Of a DNA stretch of 64,000 nucleotides, positions 1 to 12,895 are shown in pieces. Source of the stretch: an uncultured Bacteroidota bacterium. Its GTDB lineage: Bacteria; Bacteroidota; Bacteroidia; Flavobacteriales; Flavobacteriaceae. The stretch spans positions 4,032 through 68,031 of the forward strand of contig CACNGE010000004.1 in the NCBI GenBank assembly GCA_902619855.1, read 5' to 3'. Within the stretch, counting starts at the first letter, position 1. The number at the start of each line of letters is the position of its first letter. A program made the translations under genes and the position numbers. A model generated the notes under the pieces. That model did no database searches. It had not been told where the DNA came from and saw only the letters and a program-made list of their open reading frames with translations.

Positions 1-346
1 TTTCGTTCGCTTAGCTGACAAATGATTGGAGTGATGGCATGAACACCAATTTCGGTGGCTTTCTCAACAAACCACTCCATGCGACCATTACTTTTTGTAG
101 GTGCGATGAATAAGTGTAAATGATAAGGATCTGTAGCGATCTTTTCGCATTGATCGACAACAGCTGTACATTGTCTGTCATGGACTGATGTCAATGTTGC
201 CTCGAATCTATACCCAACGCCATTGACAATTGTGATTCCATCTCCGATTTTTTTTCTTAAAACTTTGGATAAGTGCTTGCTTTCAATTTTATCGAAATGA
301 ATTTCTTTGTCTTCTTTTGTTAATGTGGAAATATAAAACTGATGCA
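1..346 (-). CDS. rsmE: 16S rRNA (uracil1498-N3)-methyltransferase RsmE, N-terminal part; the gene runs off the left edge of the window
   Basis: Absent from the ORF track because it is truncated. Hand translation of the reverse strand from ATG at 346-344 gives MHQFYISTLTKEDKEIHFDKIESKHLSKVLRKKIGDGITIVNGVGYRFEATLTSV...LHLFIAPTKSNGRMEWFVEKATEIGVHAITPI. This is an RsmE-like PUA-type N-domain followed by the start of the SPOUT domain. It abuts the tsaD stop at 347. Confidence 0.7.
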
Positions 347-1339
347 TTACAATGGCATTCTAGATTGCGCTTGACGATCCAATGCGCCAAATGTATTGTT
401 TTGATATTTGAAGTAACCAGCAACTGCAATCATCGCTGCGTTATCAGTTGTGAAGGTCAAAGGTGGGATAAATACATTCCAATCCATTTTTTTTGACAAT
501 GCCTGTCGAAGTCCAGTGTTTGCCGAAACACCTCCACCAATGACAATCTCTTTAACCCCTGTTTTAGTGACTGATTTTTCAAGTTTTTCCATCAAAATAT
601 TGACAAGCGTGTGTTGTACCGACGCACAAAAATCATCTCTATGATTTTGAATATAATGTTCATCCAGTTGCTGTTGTTTTCTCAGATGATATAAAACACT
701 GGTTTTAAATCCACTAAAACTAAAATTCAGGTCTGAAACTTTTGGTTTTGGAAATGGAATATCTGCTTTTCCATTTTGTGCATATTTATCGATATAAGGC
801 CCAGCAGGATAGGGTAGTCCAATCATTTTACCAACCTTGTCAAAGGCCTCACCCACAGCATCATCCAGTGTCTGCCCAATCACTTCCATTTGGTTTGGAC
901 TGCTGACCAAAACCAACTGTGTGTGACCCCCCGATACAGTAAGTCCTAAGAATGGAAATGAGGGATTTGGAATGGATTTTTCAAAGTGGACAAGCAAATG
1001 CGCTTGCATATGATTGACTTCGATCAATGGCACATCCAACGAGAGTGCAAATGATTTGGCAAAAGAATTTCCAACCAACAGTGAGCCAATAAGCCCTGGA
1101 CCTAAAGTGTATGCTACTGCATTTACCTCTTTTTTGTCGATATTTGCTGTACGAAGTGCTTGGTCGACAACTGGAATAATATTTTGCAGGTGGGCACGAG
1201 CAGCCAACTCGGGGACAACACCCCCGTATTGTTTGTGAACTTTTTGACTGGATATAATATTTGATTGAATATGCCCGTCAACGAGTACAGCAGCTGCAGT
1301 ATCGTCGCATGATGATTCTATTCCGAGTATGACAGGCAT
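347..1339 (-). CDS. tsaD: tRNA N6-adenosine threonylcarbamoyltransferase TsaD (Kae1/Gcp family)
   Basis: 330 aa. N-terminus MPVILGIESSCDDTAAAV, plus HMQAHL and GGGVSAN motifs typical of TsaD. Confidence 0.93.
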   Translation of the reverse strand: MPVILGIESSCDDTAAAVLVDGHIQSNIISSQKVHKQYGGVVPELAARAHLQNIIPVVDQALRTANIDKKEVNAVAYTLGPGLIGSLLVGNSFAKSFALSLDVPLIEVNHMQAHLLVHFEKSIPNPSFPFLGLTVSGGHTQLVLVSSPNQMEVIGQTLDDAVGEAFDKVGKMIGLPYPAGPYIDKYAQNGKADIPFPKPKVSDLNFSFSGFKTSVLYHLRKQQQLDEHYIQNHRDDFCASVQHTLVNILMEKLEKSVTKTGVKEIVIGGGVSANTGLRQALSKKMDWNVFIPPLTFTTDNAAMIAVAGYFKYQNNTFGALDRQAQSRMPL

Positions 1340-1374
1340 GATTCTTGTTTAATGCACAAAGTTAACACATTGTT

Positions 1375-4300
1375 TTGACCCAAAAACACTGGCGTACCGC
1401 AAAAAAAATTACAGTCATGAGTATTGGTCTTACCATACTCACACTTATCTTATTTTTTTCTCCAATTGGGCAATCTGCCTTGAACTCATGGTTAAAGAAC
1501 AAACTCTTCAACGATTTTGGTGTTGAGCTCTCGATTAACACCTTTTTTATGAATCCTGTTGGCATGAGCTCATTTGAAGACTTGCTCATTAAAGATCATA
1601 AAAATGATACCTTGATTTTTGTGAATCACCTCGAAATTGAGTCTCGTCACTTTGGTGGTTTGATCAATAATGACATCTATTTGGGCGAAGTTACTGTAGA
1701 TTCTTTTTTGCTGAATCATGTTAAATATAGAGATGAAAACCTATCCAACTTAGATATTTTTTTAGAAAAATTTAATCCCTCAAGAGGGGCAAAGTTCAGT
1801 GTAAGTCAAGTCAAACTCAACGAAAGTAAGCTTCAATTCCTTGACGAAAATGATATCGATTCTACTTATCAAATCATTTCCAATCTCAATGCGAATCTCA
1901 TCGACATTTCCTCCAAAAGCGCTGATTTTTCAGCAGTAATTGAGGATATGAGTTTGTTTGTTGAGGATTATGGTCTAAACGTCATTCGTTCCAATGCTTC
2001 ATTTTCTATAGCATCAGGGGCAGCCAAACTTGAAAAATTAAATGTGATCACTCCAAACTCACAACTCATCGCTGATTTTTCTATTCGCTTGCCAGCAGCT
2101 GGGTTACAAGATTCATTCAATGATATTCTTATTGATGCGAGTGTACAACAGTCTTCCATCGGAGTTGAGGATATTCGTTCTTTTGTTCCAAACATTTCTA
2201 ATTCGCATAGCTTTGTTATAGATGAACTTACTTTTTCCGGAACACCCAACAAGTTTTCATTAGACTCTTTTCGACTCTCTCTTCCAGACAGTAATTTTTC
2301 AGGATCATTTTCTTTCAACTATTCGGAAAAAACCTCAAATCTAGTCATAGATGAACTGATCATCAATCCAGAAGACATCCTTGCAATTGTGCCGAGCTTA
2401 GAGCAGTCACAAGTAGATTTTTTACAACATTTGGGAACCTCAAAAATCACTGGAGAGATGACGCGCCGCTCCTCCAATAACAAGATTGATATCGCGCTAT
2501 ACACCTCATTTGGTCTGTTGGACTTTGATGTTGATTTTCTAAAAAAAGATTCTCAATCACCCTCATTTTACGATGGAAAGGTTCGTGGAAATCAATTTGA
2601 TATGGGAGGTTTACTAAAGCAAAATACTTTAGGTGTTAGTGACTTTACATTTGTTGTAACAGGGAAGGGCCTTCGACTCAATCAACTTGACACAGAACTC
2701 AGTGGTTATTTTTCTTCCTTTTCATTTCAAGAGATCAAACTTGATACTATTTCAGTAAACCTCGATGCAAAAAATGGACAAATAATTGGCTCAGTTGACA
2801 TCAATGATAGTGAAGCAAAAATACAGGTGGAAGGTGAGTTTAATGCAAATGATTCCCTTCAGAAATTATCAGCATTTGTAGAGGTGAATCAACTCAAACT
2901 CAAAAGCATTTTTCCTTCTACTTTCAAAAAGGAAAGATATTTTTCTGGAAATTTTAAAATTGTAAGTCTTGGAAAGCAAGTAAATGAATTTATTGGAGAT
3001 ATCAAGGCAAATGCTATGCAAATCAATATCGATGATCAGAGATATGCTTTTGAAGACTTTACAATTCAGTCGAGAGTCAACAAAGATTTACGCTTTATTA
3101 ATTTCCAATCTGTTGATTTTATCAATGGATTGATTTATGGCAGATTCGAATTGTTGGATATAGAAAAAATGCTTCGCAACTCTTATTGGAGCTACTTTTC
3201 CAATTATCAGTCAATTGAAGTGGATCAATCCTCATTTATGAATTTTAACATCAACCTAAAAGAGAAGTTTTCTGGCGCTTTTCTTGAACAAATTTCAATA
3301 CCTGATGATTCTTTCTTTCGGGGCAAGCTCAGTGCTGATCCGAATGATACATTTTTTCAGATAGATATACCTAAAATTCGTTTTGAGAGCAACAAATTTT
3401 CAGAAGTTCGCTTTACAATGGACAATGGCAATCCTTTTTACAAAACCTACCTTCAAATTGGTCAGGTCAACGGAGAAGACTTTAACTTGGATAAGTTCTG
3501 GATGATCAATTCGGTATTTGATGACAAACTGTATTTTAGAGCAGAATTTGAAAACAATTCATTAAGTAGCGAGTTAAATTTTTTTGCTACACTAAATGAT
3601 AAACAAGAGTTAGAGTTTGGCATCCAGCCTTCAACAATTGCTTTTCAGTCAAAGCAATGGAAGATTAATCACCTTGATACCAGAACGAGCAAATTACTCC
3701 TAGCAAAAGATGGTTTTGAGATTGGTTCTACTGTTTTTTCAAATAATGAATCAGCACTTCATTTTTCATTTTATCAACAGGCTTCACAACGATTAAATAT
3801 ACTTTTTGAAAACATAAATCTCTCTGACTTTATTTCACCAAAACCAAAGAGAAATATCAGTGGAATAACCAATGGGACTCTGGACATTACTTTTGATAAC
3901 GATCAATTTGGAGGAGAGGTAGATGTGAAAATTGACTCTATTATATTCAACAATGTAATGTTAGGAGATGCACTTGTTTCGTTGAGCTCTATGCAAGATC
4001 AAGAAGCATATCAATTGTCATTCAACACTATCGATGATGGTTTTTTAACAAGCTCTATAGAGGGTCTGATTTCATCTGAAAATGAGAATAACCTCAACCT
4101 GAACGCCACTTTTCAGTCGTTTCCAGCAGCTATTCTTGATCAGTTGATTGGAAATGCTATGACAGATGTTCAGGGACAGATTGACGGCTCTGTCTCCATC
4201 AATGGCAAATGGAGTCAGCCAATGTTGCAGGGTGAGTTGTTTTTGGATGGGTTTGAATTTTCTGTTCCTTACTTAAATGTAAAATATGGCCTTGTAGATG

Positions 4301-5697
4301 GATCAAGCGTAAAGTTAAGTCCAACATCTTTTGCGTTTGAGCCAACGACTTTGATCGATAGACTCAATTCAACCACGGCTTCTTTTGACGGAACAGTTCT
4401 TCACCAAAACTTCAAGTTCTTCAACTTGGACATGAATTTTACAAGTCCAAACTTTCTCATTCTCGACACAAACGATAGTTTTGATAACAACTATTATGGG
4501 AAGGCGTTTTTCAATGGAAATGCGCGTATTCATGGATCAACCCAATCTCTGACTTTTGACCTTGATGGCAGCTCGGCTGAAGGCACAAACATTGTTATTG
4601 CAGTTGACAACAGGGGTAGTATTGAGGATGTTTCATATCTAAAATTTGTTGATAAAAAAGCAATTGAAAATGTTGAAAATCAAACAAGTTCTCCCAGTTT
4701 AATAAAGGGATTGACACTTAATTTTGATTTGTCAATTACACAAGATGCCGAGTTAAAGCTTTTGTTTGACAGCGATACGGGAAGTACACTGAGTGGTTCG
4801 GGCGTTGGAAGTATTCTGATGGAAATAAACACTGATGGAAATTTTAATGTATTTGGAGATTTTATTGCTTTAAACGGAATCTACCAATTCAAAAATTTTG
4901 GCATCTTAGAAAAAGAATTTCGTCTTGAGCCAGGCGGAACAATATTATGGAATGGTAATCCACTCGACGCTCAATTGAATTTACAAGCCATATATGAAGT
5001 TCCTGGTGGGGCAAATCCAGCTATTTTGCTGGAAAATCCAGGATTGAATAGAAAGATCCCAACAGATGTAAAAATTAATTTGACAGGTAGCATTATGCAA
5101 CTTGAAGCACCTAGCTTTTCGATCGATTTTCCAAATACATCTGCAAATGTTCGAAACGACCTTGCCTACAAACTCGATGATGAAGAGCGCAGACAAATTC
5201 AAGCCATATCCTTGTTATCGCAAGGCGTTTTTATCAGCGATTTATCACTTTCAGCCATAACAGCACAAGCACTAACGAACAACCTTTTTCAAAAAGCATC
5301 AGGTGTTTTTGAATCTTTATTTTCTGGAGATGAGGAGAAGCTTAAACTCGGACTAAATTATTTGCAAGGTGATCGTAACTCCGAATCAATCGCACGTACA
5401 CGCGATCGACTGGGTTTGACATTGGTGACAAAAGTGTCAGATCGATTGCTGATCAATGGTAAACTCGGTGTTCCATTTGGTGGGGTTGAAGAAACAATCA
5501 TTGTTGGGGATGTTACAATTGAGTTTTTATTGAGTAAAGATGGTGCACTTCGTGCACGTATCTTCAATAGAGAAAATGAATTTCAATACTTTGGAGATGA
5601 GTTAGGATATACTCAAGGCGTTGGTCTATCATATCAGGTAGAATTCGATGATTTTAAATCTTTGATTAAGAAGATTGTAAAAAAGAACGCGATTTGA
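1375..5697 (+). CDS. Translocation/assembly module TamB-like giant envelope protein (DUF490-type C-terminus)
   Basis: 1440 aa with one N-terminal TM anchor (ITVMSIGLTILTLILFF) and a long beta-rich repetitive body. The C-terminal segment (GLNYLQGDRNSESIARTRDRLGLTLVTKVSDRLLINGKLGVP) resembles the TamB C-terminal domain. The ORF-track start is TTG at 1375; ATG at 1417 is an alternative. Confidence 0.6.
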   Translation: MTQKHWRTAKKITVMSIGLTILTLILFFSPIGQSALNSWLKNKLFNDFGVELSINTFFMNPVGMSSFEDLLIKDHKNDTLIFVNHLEIESRHFGGLINNDIYLGEVTVDSFLLNHVKYRDENLSNLDIFLEKFNPSRGAKFSVSQVKLNESKLQFLDENDIDSTYQIISNLNANLIDISSKSADFSAVIEDMSLFVEDYGLNVIRSNASFSIASGAAKLEKLNVITPNSQLIADFSIRLPAAGLQDSFNDILIDASVQQSSIGVEDIRSFVPNISNSHSFVIDELTFSGTPNKFSLDSFRLSLPDSNFSGSFSFNYSEKTSNLVIDELIINPEDILAIVPSLEQSQVDFLQHLGTSKITGEMTRRSSNNKIDIALYTSFGLLDFDVDFLKKDSQSPSFYDGKVRGNQFDMGGLLKQNTLGVSDFTFVVTGKGLRLNQLDTELSGYFSSFSFQEIKLDTISVNLDAKNGQIIGSVDINDSEAKIQVEGEFNANDSLQKLSAFVEVNQLKLKSIFPSTFKKERYFSGNFKIVSLGKQVNEFIGDIKANAMQINIDDQRYAFEDFTIQSRVNKDLRFINFQSVDFINGLIYGRFELLDIEKMLRNSYWSYFSNYQSIEVDQSSFMNFNINLKEKFSGAFLEQISIPDDSFFRGKLSADPNDTFFQIDIPKIRFESNKFSEVRFTMDNGNPFYKTYLQIGQVNGEDFNLDKFWMINSVFDDKLYFRAEFENNSLSSELNFFATLNDKQELEFGIQPSTIAFQSKQWKINHLDTRTSKLLLAKDGFEIGSTVFSNNESALHFSFYQQASQRLNILFENINLSDFISPKPKRNISGITNGTLDITFDNDQFGGEVDVKIDSIIFNNVMLGDALVSLSSMQDQEAYQLSFNTIDDGFLTSSIEGLISSENENNLNLNATFQSFPAAILDQLIGNAMTDVQGQIDGSVSINGKWSQPMLQGELFLDGFEFSVPYLNVKYGLVDGSSVKLSPTSFAFEPTTLIDRLNSTTASFDGTVLHQNFKFFNLDMNFTSPNFLILDTNDSFDNNYYGKAFFNGNARIHGSTQSLTFDLDGSSAEGTNIVIAVDNRGSIEDVSYLKFVDKKAIENVENQTSSPSLIKGLTLNFDLSITQDAELKLLFDSDTGSTLSGSGVGSILMEINTDGNFNVFGDFIALNGIYQFKNFGILEKEFRLEPGGTILWNGNPLDAQLNLQAIYEVPGGANPAILLENPGLNRKIPTDVKINLTGSIMQLEAPSFSIDFPNTSANVRNDLAYKLDDEERRQIQAISLLSQGVFISDLSLSAITAQALTNNLFQKASGVFESLFSGDEEKLKLGLNYLQGDRNSESIARTRDRLGLTLVTKVSDRLLINGKLGVPFGGVEETIIVGDVTIEFLLSKDGALRARIFNRENEFQYFGDELGYTQGVGLSYQVEFDDFKSLIKKIVKKNAI

Positions 5698-5808
5698 TGA
5701 AAAATGTTGATTTTAGATACATTTTTCACCACTTTTATTTTTTGAATCTTCAATTTCTAATAATATCAATGATTTAAGAAATATAGTTTGTAATTTCGCC
5801 ATTCTGAT

Positions 5809-7825
<2,017 letters not shown>

Positions 7826-7839
7826 TCTAATCTGAATCT

Positions 7840-8691
7840 ATGAAACTTATTATTGATAGTGGGTCAACAAAAACCGATTGGATTGCTATTGATGGTTCAA
7901 ACAATATTTTGCTAGAGACGCATACCCTTGGCTTAAATCCTCAGGTCCTGACAGAAGCAATCATTGAAGAGCGAATCATAAATAATTACGATTTATATCG
8001 CGTTAGAAATGAGGTTGACGTCATTTACTTTTATGGCGCTGGTTGTGGCACAGAGCCACCTCGAAAAATGATGAGCGATGTTTTAAAAAGTATCTTTCAA
8101 AATGCATCTATTTCTGTTAAGGAAGACACCTTTGCTGCTGTATATGCAATCACTGATGCGGGGGATCCAAGTATCGTTTGTATTCTTGGCACAGGCTCCA
8201 ATTGTAGTTTTTTTGATGGCGAGACTGTTCATCAAGAAATCACATCGTTAGGGTATATATTGATGGATGACGCAAGTGGCAATTATTTTGGAAGACAGCT
8301 TCTCAGGGATTATTACTTTAACAAAATCCCCCAACCTTTAGCCAAATTATTTGCTGAAGAATTTGATTTGGGAGCAGAGGAAATCAAAACCAACCTTTAC
8401 AAAAAATCAAATCCAAACACATATCTGGCAACATTTGCCAAGTTTTTGATTGTCAACAAAAATGAGCCATACGCACAAGCGCTAATCAATAAAGGGTTAG
8501 GATTGTTTATTGATAATCAAATTTTGCAATTCAATAACGCCAAGGAGTTACCTATTCATTTTATTGGGTCGATCGCTTATTATTTGAATACAGAACTAGA
8601 GTCACAGCTCATTTCTCGTGGCTTGAAACTGGGTAGGATTTTGAAAAAACCTATAGAAGGGCTTGTTTCCTATCATCAATCCGAATGCTAA
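7840..8691 (+). CDS. BadF/BadG/BcrA/BcrD-type ATPase, N-acetylglucosamine kinase-like
   Basis: 283 aa with an ASKHA-fold N-terminus (IDSGSTKTDW), GTGSN and DDASG motifs. Confidence 0.6.
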   Translation: MKLIIDSGSTKTDWIAIDGSNNILLETHTLGLNPQVLTEAIIEERIINNYDLYRVRNEVDVIYFYGAGCGTEPPRKMMSDVLKSIFQNASISVKEDTFAAVYAITDAGDPSIVCILGTGSNCSFFDGETVHQEITSLGYILMDDASGNYFGRQLLRDYYFNKIPQPLAKLFAEEFDLGAEEIKTNLYKKSNPNTYLATFAKFLIVNKNEPYAQALINKGLGLFIDNQILQFNNAKELPIHFIGSIAYYLNTELESQLISRGLKLGRILKKPIEGLVSYHQSEC

Positions 8692-9068
8692 ATGATCGCA
8701 ATCACAGAAATTTCGACTCGAACATTTTTGGGCAACTTTGTGACTTGAACAGTCTCCCTTGCTGGCGCATAATCATCGTTAAAATAGCCTCCATATACTT
8801 CGTTTACAAGATCGAAATCTCCCATGTCTGCTAGATAAATGGTTGCTTTTACAACATTGGTAAAGTCCATCCCTGCTGCTTTTAGTACTTCTGATAAGTT
8901 TTTCATCACTTGGGCAGTTTCTGCTTGAACGTCCTCATTGACCAGTTCCATCGTTTTTGGATTCAGTGCAATCTGACCACTTGCATAAAGTGTGTTGTCA
9001 ACCAAAATGGCTTGATTATAAGGCCCAATTGGTGCAGGTGCTTCTGATGTTTCAATCACTTTTTTCAT
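8688..9068 (-). CDS. ridA: RidA/YjgF family reactive-intermediate deaminase
   Basis: 126 aa with APAPIGPYNQA..LYASGQI and ARETVQV..LP....VEI, typical of RidA. Confidence 0.88.
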   Translation of the reverse strand: MKKVIETSEAPAPIGPYNQAILVDNTLYASGQIALNPKTMELVNEDVQAETAQVMKNLSEVLKAAGMDFTNVVKATIYLADMGDFDLVNEVYGGYFNDDYAPARETVQVTKLPKNVRVEISVIAII

Positions 9069-9077
9069 ATCTATATA

Positions 9078-11759
9078 TTATAATTTTTTATCTGGTTCTC
9101 TTCGCTTTTCATATTTTAAATCACTTAAAAATCCACTCCTTACCCCTATAAAAAAGTACCATGACTGTCGATTTCCGAATGGTGTCCATGCCAAGTTCAT
9201 GACCCAACTATCCAAGTCTCTTTCAATTCGAATGTTGGTATAGGTAATTCCTTTGTTTTTGAAGTCATAACCAGTTGAAATCCCCACATCCCACTTGGGT
9301 GTCAGTCCAACTGACCCAGAGACCATTAGAGAATTGTTTGAAATGTCCCGGTTTTTCTTGGCATTTGAATAGGTCAAACTATGCCTAAGGTTGATACTCC
9401 ATGGAATTTTTGTGCGATAAAATGTATTTTTCTCTTCCTCTTCTTGATAATCTCCTTGTGTGCTACTTTTTTCTGCTGTAAACCTACGGTCACTGAAATC
9501 TTGACTTCCACCAAACAAATCATTATTGTTACTCGAATAATTATTTGAAGAAGACTCGTCTTTTGACTTGGAAGAACTTGAAAATTTGTATCCCCAATTC
9601 ATATTTGCGCTGGTCATTCGAAATAGACCCCCTCCGTTATGAATGTTTAAAGTGTTGATTCTACTTCCGTTTTCATCGATACCATAAGGGTCAAAAGTCG
9701 CTCCCAAATTAACATTTAGCTTATTGTTTAAAAGAGGTATAACTGTCGACATCCTTACTGGACTCCAACGAAGCGAATCGGACTCAAAGTTATAACTGGT
9801 AGAAAAATTTAGATTGTTTAAAATTTTAATTTTTTTGGGTTCTGTTGCCAAAGAATCAGGGTCTCTTACTTTTGCTTCAAATGTGTTTCGCAAACCAAAA
9901 CTCATTGACCTAGATTTATTCACCCCAGGTTGCCCATACAAACTCGTTTCAAAACGTGTGTAATCACGATTATTTCCATCGGCATCGATGATATATTCAT
10001 CATAGTATTTTTCAAAACTAGGCGACTCGCTGTAACTGACATTTGCATTGATGACATGACGTATAGACTTGATTTTTGCGTCTTCCTTAAAATCAAATAT
10101 CCCATAAAGAGTTGTACTCACCCCCGCACTATAATTGTATTTGTTGAATCGATCAAACCCTCGAATCGTATCTTGCGCAGCAACACTTTCAAGCTTTGGA
10201 TCATAGTCATTTTTCTTAATTGTTTCGAATACCCAAGTGTCTTCATAGTTTCCCCCAACAGAAAAGTTAAAGTGTTTCGCAACTTTGAACGATGTGTTGA
10301 TTGGGATTTGATGCTTAAACCCTGATTTTGCATTATCAAACATTCCAGGTGCCAAAAATTCTTCATCTATCATTTCCAATCTATTCTCCCCTCTAACACT
10401 GTATTGAAAATTAATGTTCTGTATGATCCCTTTCTTTGTTCCAGTACGTTTTGCGAAAGGATAAATTCGTTCCATATTCGCTTGAAAAGTTGGCAGTGTC
10501 ATGTTTATTGTTTGCGTTCTTGTGTTCTGGCTATGAGATGCTGAAAGTGAAAGATTTACAGAGGGATATTTCGGAAAAGTTCGTGCATAGGAAACAGATG
10601 ATGATAAGGTATTATTCAAAAAATTTCCAGTATTGATTTGATTTAGTGATTCTCTAAAATAGGTACTACTTCCTAGATTTACAGAAGCTGAAAATCGACT
10701 GTTTGGATTGGATTTAGAATCCTTGCTATGAGACCATCGAAGGTTGTATATATTGCTTTTGCTATAGCCTGGAAATCCTCTTTCTCCACTAATCAGATTT
10801 TCAAAACGAAACGAAAGATTTCCCCTAAATTTATATTTAACATTGTAGTTCGACTCAACACGAAAACCATAGCTGCCATTGGTGTAATAATCACCCAATA
10901 ATGCCATGTCAAAATAATCGCTTGCAGCAATGTAATAACCTCCATTTTGCATAAAATATCCACGCCTAAAGTTTTCGCCAATGGTTGGAAAAATAACACC
11001 ACTTTCTCTGTCTTGTGTCATTGGAAAATAGGCAAATGGTAAAAAAACAGGGGTGGGTACATCAGCGATATAAAGCTGATTTCCGCTGGCAATAATTTTC
11101 TTTTGTGGTACAAACTTCCCTTTGCGAATGCGAACAAAATAATCAGGATTTTCTACATCTTCGGAGGTTGTAATACGTGCATTTTTGATATAATAGACTG
11201 AGTCATTTTCCTTTTTTGTGGTCTCTGCCAAAACATTCATGCCTTGCTGCTGGCTTTTAGAATTCCATATCACAGCCTTTTTATTATTAAAATTAAATTT
11301 TAGTGAATCTGGAAAAACCTCATCACTCCCTTGTTTGAAAGATGGATATTGGAAATACTGACCAGTACTATCGACGATTGGCCTTGCAAAAACAACATTG
11401 GTATTGTAGTCCAAATCGATTTGCCCTGCCTTTAACTCAATGTTTTGATAATAAAGCTCTGCCTCATCATAGAGAGTCATGGTCTTTTTTGCTCGATTAA
11501 TCGTAATTGTTCCCAATGCATTTCGTTTGATTTGGTCCAATAGCATTGCTTTATTTTTAGTGATGGTGTCGTTTATTGCAATAGAGTCTTTTTCAGTATT
11601 TGGAAGAGACTGATCCTGTCCAAATGCCCAAAAAAAAGACAATAATGTGACTGTCAATGTGGGAAAGAGCTGAAATGAATGAATATGTCTTACTTTTGTC
11701 AAAAGCCCCTTTTTGTAGAATTCAAAAATACGACTATTTTTTTGGGAAGGATGCGTCAT
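9078..11759 (-). CDS. LptD-like (OstA family) outer-membrane LPS-assembly protein
   Basis: 893 aa. OstA-like N-terminal region (ITINRAKKTMTLYDEAELYYQNIELKAGQIDLDY) followed by a long beta-barrel-like Tyr/Asn/Ser-rich body. This size is typical of Bacteroidota putative LptD. Confidence 0.6.
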   Translation of the reverse strand: MTHPSQKNSRIFEFYKKGLLTKVRHIHSFQLFPTLTVTLLSFFWAFGQDQSLPNTEKDSIAINDTITKNKAMLLDQIKRNALGTITINRAKKTMTLYDEAELYYQNIELKAGQIDLDYNTNVVFARPIVDSTGQYFQYPSFKQGSDEVFPDSLKFNFNNKKAVIWNSKSQQQGMNVLAETTKKENDSVYYIKNARITTSEDVENPDYFVRIRKGKFVPQKKIIASGNQLYIADVPTPVFLPFAYFPMTQDRESGVIFPTIGENFRRGYFMQNGGYYIAASDYFDMALLGDYYTNGSYGFRVESNYNVKYKFRGNLSFRFENLISGERGFPGYSKSNIYNLRWSHSKDSKSNPNSRFSASVNLGSSTYFRESLNQINTGNFLNNTLSSSVSYARTFPKYPSVNLSLSASHSQNTRTQTINMTLPTFQANMERIYPFAKRTGTKKGIIQNINFQYSVRGENRLEMIDEEFLAPGMFDNAKSGFKHQIPINTSFKVAKHFNFSVGGNYEDTWVFETIKKNDYDPKLESVAAQDTIRGFDRFNKYNYSAGVSTTLYGIFDFKEDAKIKSIRHVINANVSYSESPSFEKYYDEYIIDADGNNRDYTRFETSLYGQPGVNKSRSMSFGLRNTFEAKVRDPDSLATEPKKIKILNNLNFSTSYNFESDSLRWSPVRMSTVIPLLNNKLNVNLGATFDPYGIDENGSRINTLNIHNGGGLFRMTSANMNWGYKFSSSSKSKDESSSNNYSSNNNDLFGGSQDFSDRRFTAEKSSTQGDYQEEEEKNTFYRTKIPWSINLRHSLTYSNAKKNRDISNNSLMVSGSVGLTPKWDVGISTGYDFKNKGITYTNIRIERDLDSWVMNLAWTPFGNRQSWYFFIGVRSGFLSDLKYEKRREPDKKL

Positions 11760-12839
11760 ATTTCTCTAGTTTTTATCTCCTTGATTCTATCGATAACTTG
11801 GTTGTATGCACAAAAATCAAAAAGCGATGATACTTTTACTGTTGTAATCGATGCTGGTCATGGTGGGAAAGATTCGGGAAATCGTGGAAATCAGTACTAT
11901 GAAAAGCATATTGTTTTAAACGTTACACTCAAAATCGGAGCCATTCTGAAAAAAAATTCTGATATCAGTGTCATTTATACAAGAAAAAGTGATGTGTTTA
12001 TCCCACTAAACAAACGTGCAGATATTGCTAACACTGCAAAAGCAGATTTGTTTGTCTCTATCCATTGTGATGCGCATACCTCCAATGCCTATGGTGCAGG
12101 AACTTTTGTGTTGGGTCTTCATGAAAATGATCGAAATTTTAGAATTGCACAGAAAGAAAACTCTGTTATTTTTCTCGAAGAAGACTACGAAAAAAATTAT
12201 GATGGTTTTGACCCTAACAACCCTGAATCTGTGATAAGCTTGGTGCTGATGCAAGAAACCTATTTGGATCAAAGTATTCAAGCGGCCAACACCATACAGC
12301 AGAGTTTTGTTCGAAACTTAAAGCGGAAAAATAGAACAGTTAAGCAAGCAGGGTTTTTGGTTTTGCGAAATACATATATGCCTAGTGTATTGGTTGAACT
12401 TGGTTTTTTGACAAATAAAATTGAAGGGGCATATCTCAACTCAGAGATAGGTCAAACAGAAATGAGTGAAGCCATTGCAAAAGCAATTATCGCATATAAA
12501 AATCAAATTCAATCCGATTTGCAAGAGGATGTTGTTTTTGAAGATAAAAGTTTAGATTCAGCCGAGGAAGTCACAACATCAGACTATTCTTTTAGAGTGC
12601 AAATTTCGGCCAGCAAAACAGCGGTAGAACCAAAATCTTTTAACTTTAAAGGATTGTCTCCCATCAAACGTGTAAAAACTGGGAGTTTGTACAAATATTT
12701 TTTGGGCAATGCGAGCAGCTATGAACAAGCAAAAAACCTTCAGAAACGTGCAATAGAAAAAGGATACAATGGTAGTTTTGTTGTTGCCTTCGAAGGGGAG
12801 GAAATTGTTCCTCTTAACAAAGCGTTGAAAAGAAATTGA
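11751..12839 (+). CDS. N-acetylmuramoyl-L-alanine amidase (Amidase_3) with a C-terminal SPOR domain
   Basis: VVIDAGHGGKDSG and SIHCDA amidase_3 motifs. The C-terminus (YSFRVQISASK...YKYFLGNASSYEQAKNLQKRAIEKGYNGSFVVAF) is SPOR-like. I chose the internal ATG at 11751 (MRHISLVFISL signal peptide) over the ORF-track start at 11679, which would overlap the divergent LptD-like gene extensively. Confidence 0.85.
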   Translation: MRHISLVFISLILSITWLYAQKSKSDDTFTVVIDAGHGGKDSGNRGNQYYEKHIVLNVTLKIGAILKKNSDISVIYTRKSDVFIPLNKRADIANTAKADLFVSIHCDAHTSNAYGAGTFVLGLHENDRNFRIAQKENSVIFLEEDYEKNYDGFDPNNPESVISLVLMQETYLDQSIQAANTIQQSFVRNLKRKNRTVKQAGFLVLRNTYMPSVLVELGFLTNKIEGAYLNSEIGQTEMSEAIAKAIIAYKNQIQSDLQEDVVFEDKSLDSAEEVTTSDYSFRVQISASKTAVEPKSFNFKGLSPIKRVKTGSLYKYFLGNASSYEQAKNLQKRAIEKGYNGSFVVAFEGEEIVPLNKALKRN

Positions 12840-12895
12840 ACCCATATTTTGTACCCCAAATTATATGCGTATTTTTATGGCTTAAGAACTGAAGC

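Noticed and set aside
11679-11750. N-terminal extensions offered by the ORF track, seen for the amidase here and likewise at 16307-16411, 49365-49466, 57416-57517 and 57485-57511.
   Set aside because: The extensions overlap neighbouring or divergent genes and encode non-protein-like sequence. Internal ATG codons give canonical N-termini: a signal peptide, GCFWC-proximal MIEK, or ferredoxin MAIIITDECINCG.
11751-11759. Divergent 9-nt overlap between the LptD-like start (11759) and the amidase start (11751).
   Set aside because: This is most likely start-codon uncertainty for the LptD-like gene, whose signal-like segment begins ~30 residues in. There is no independent evidence that the overlap has meaning.
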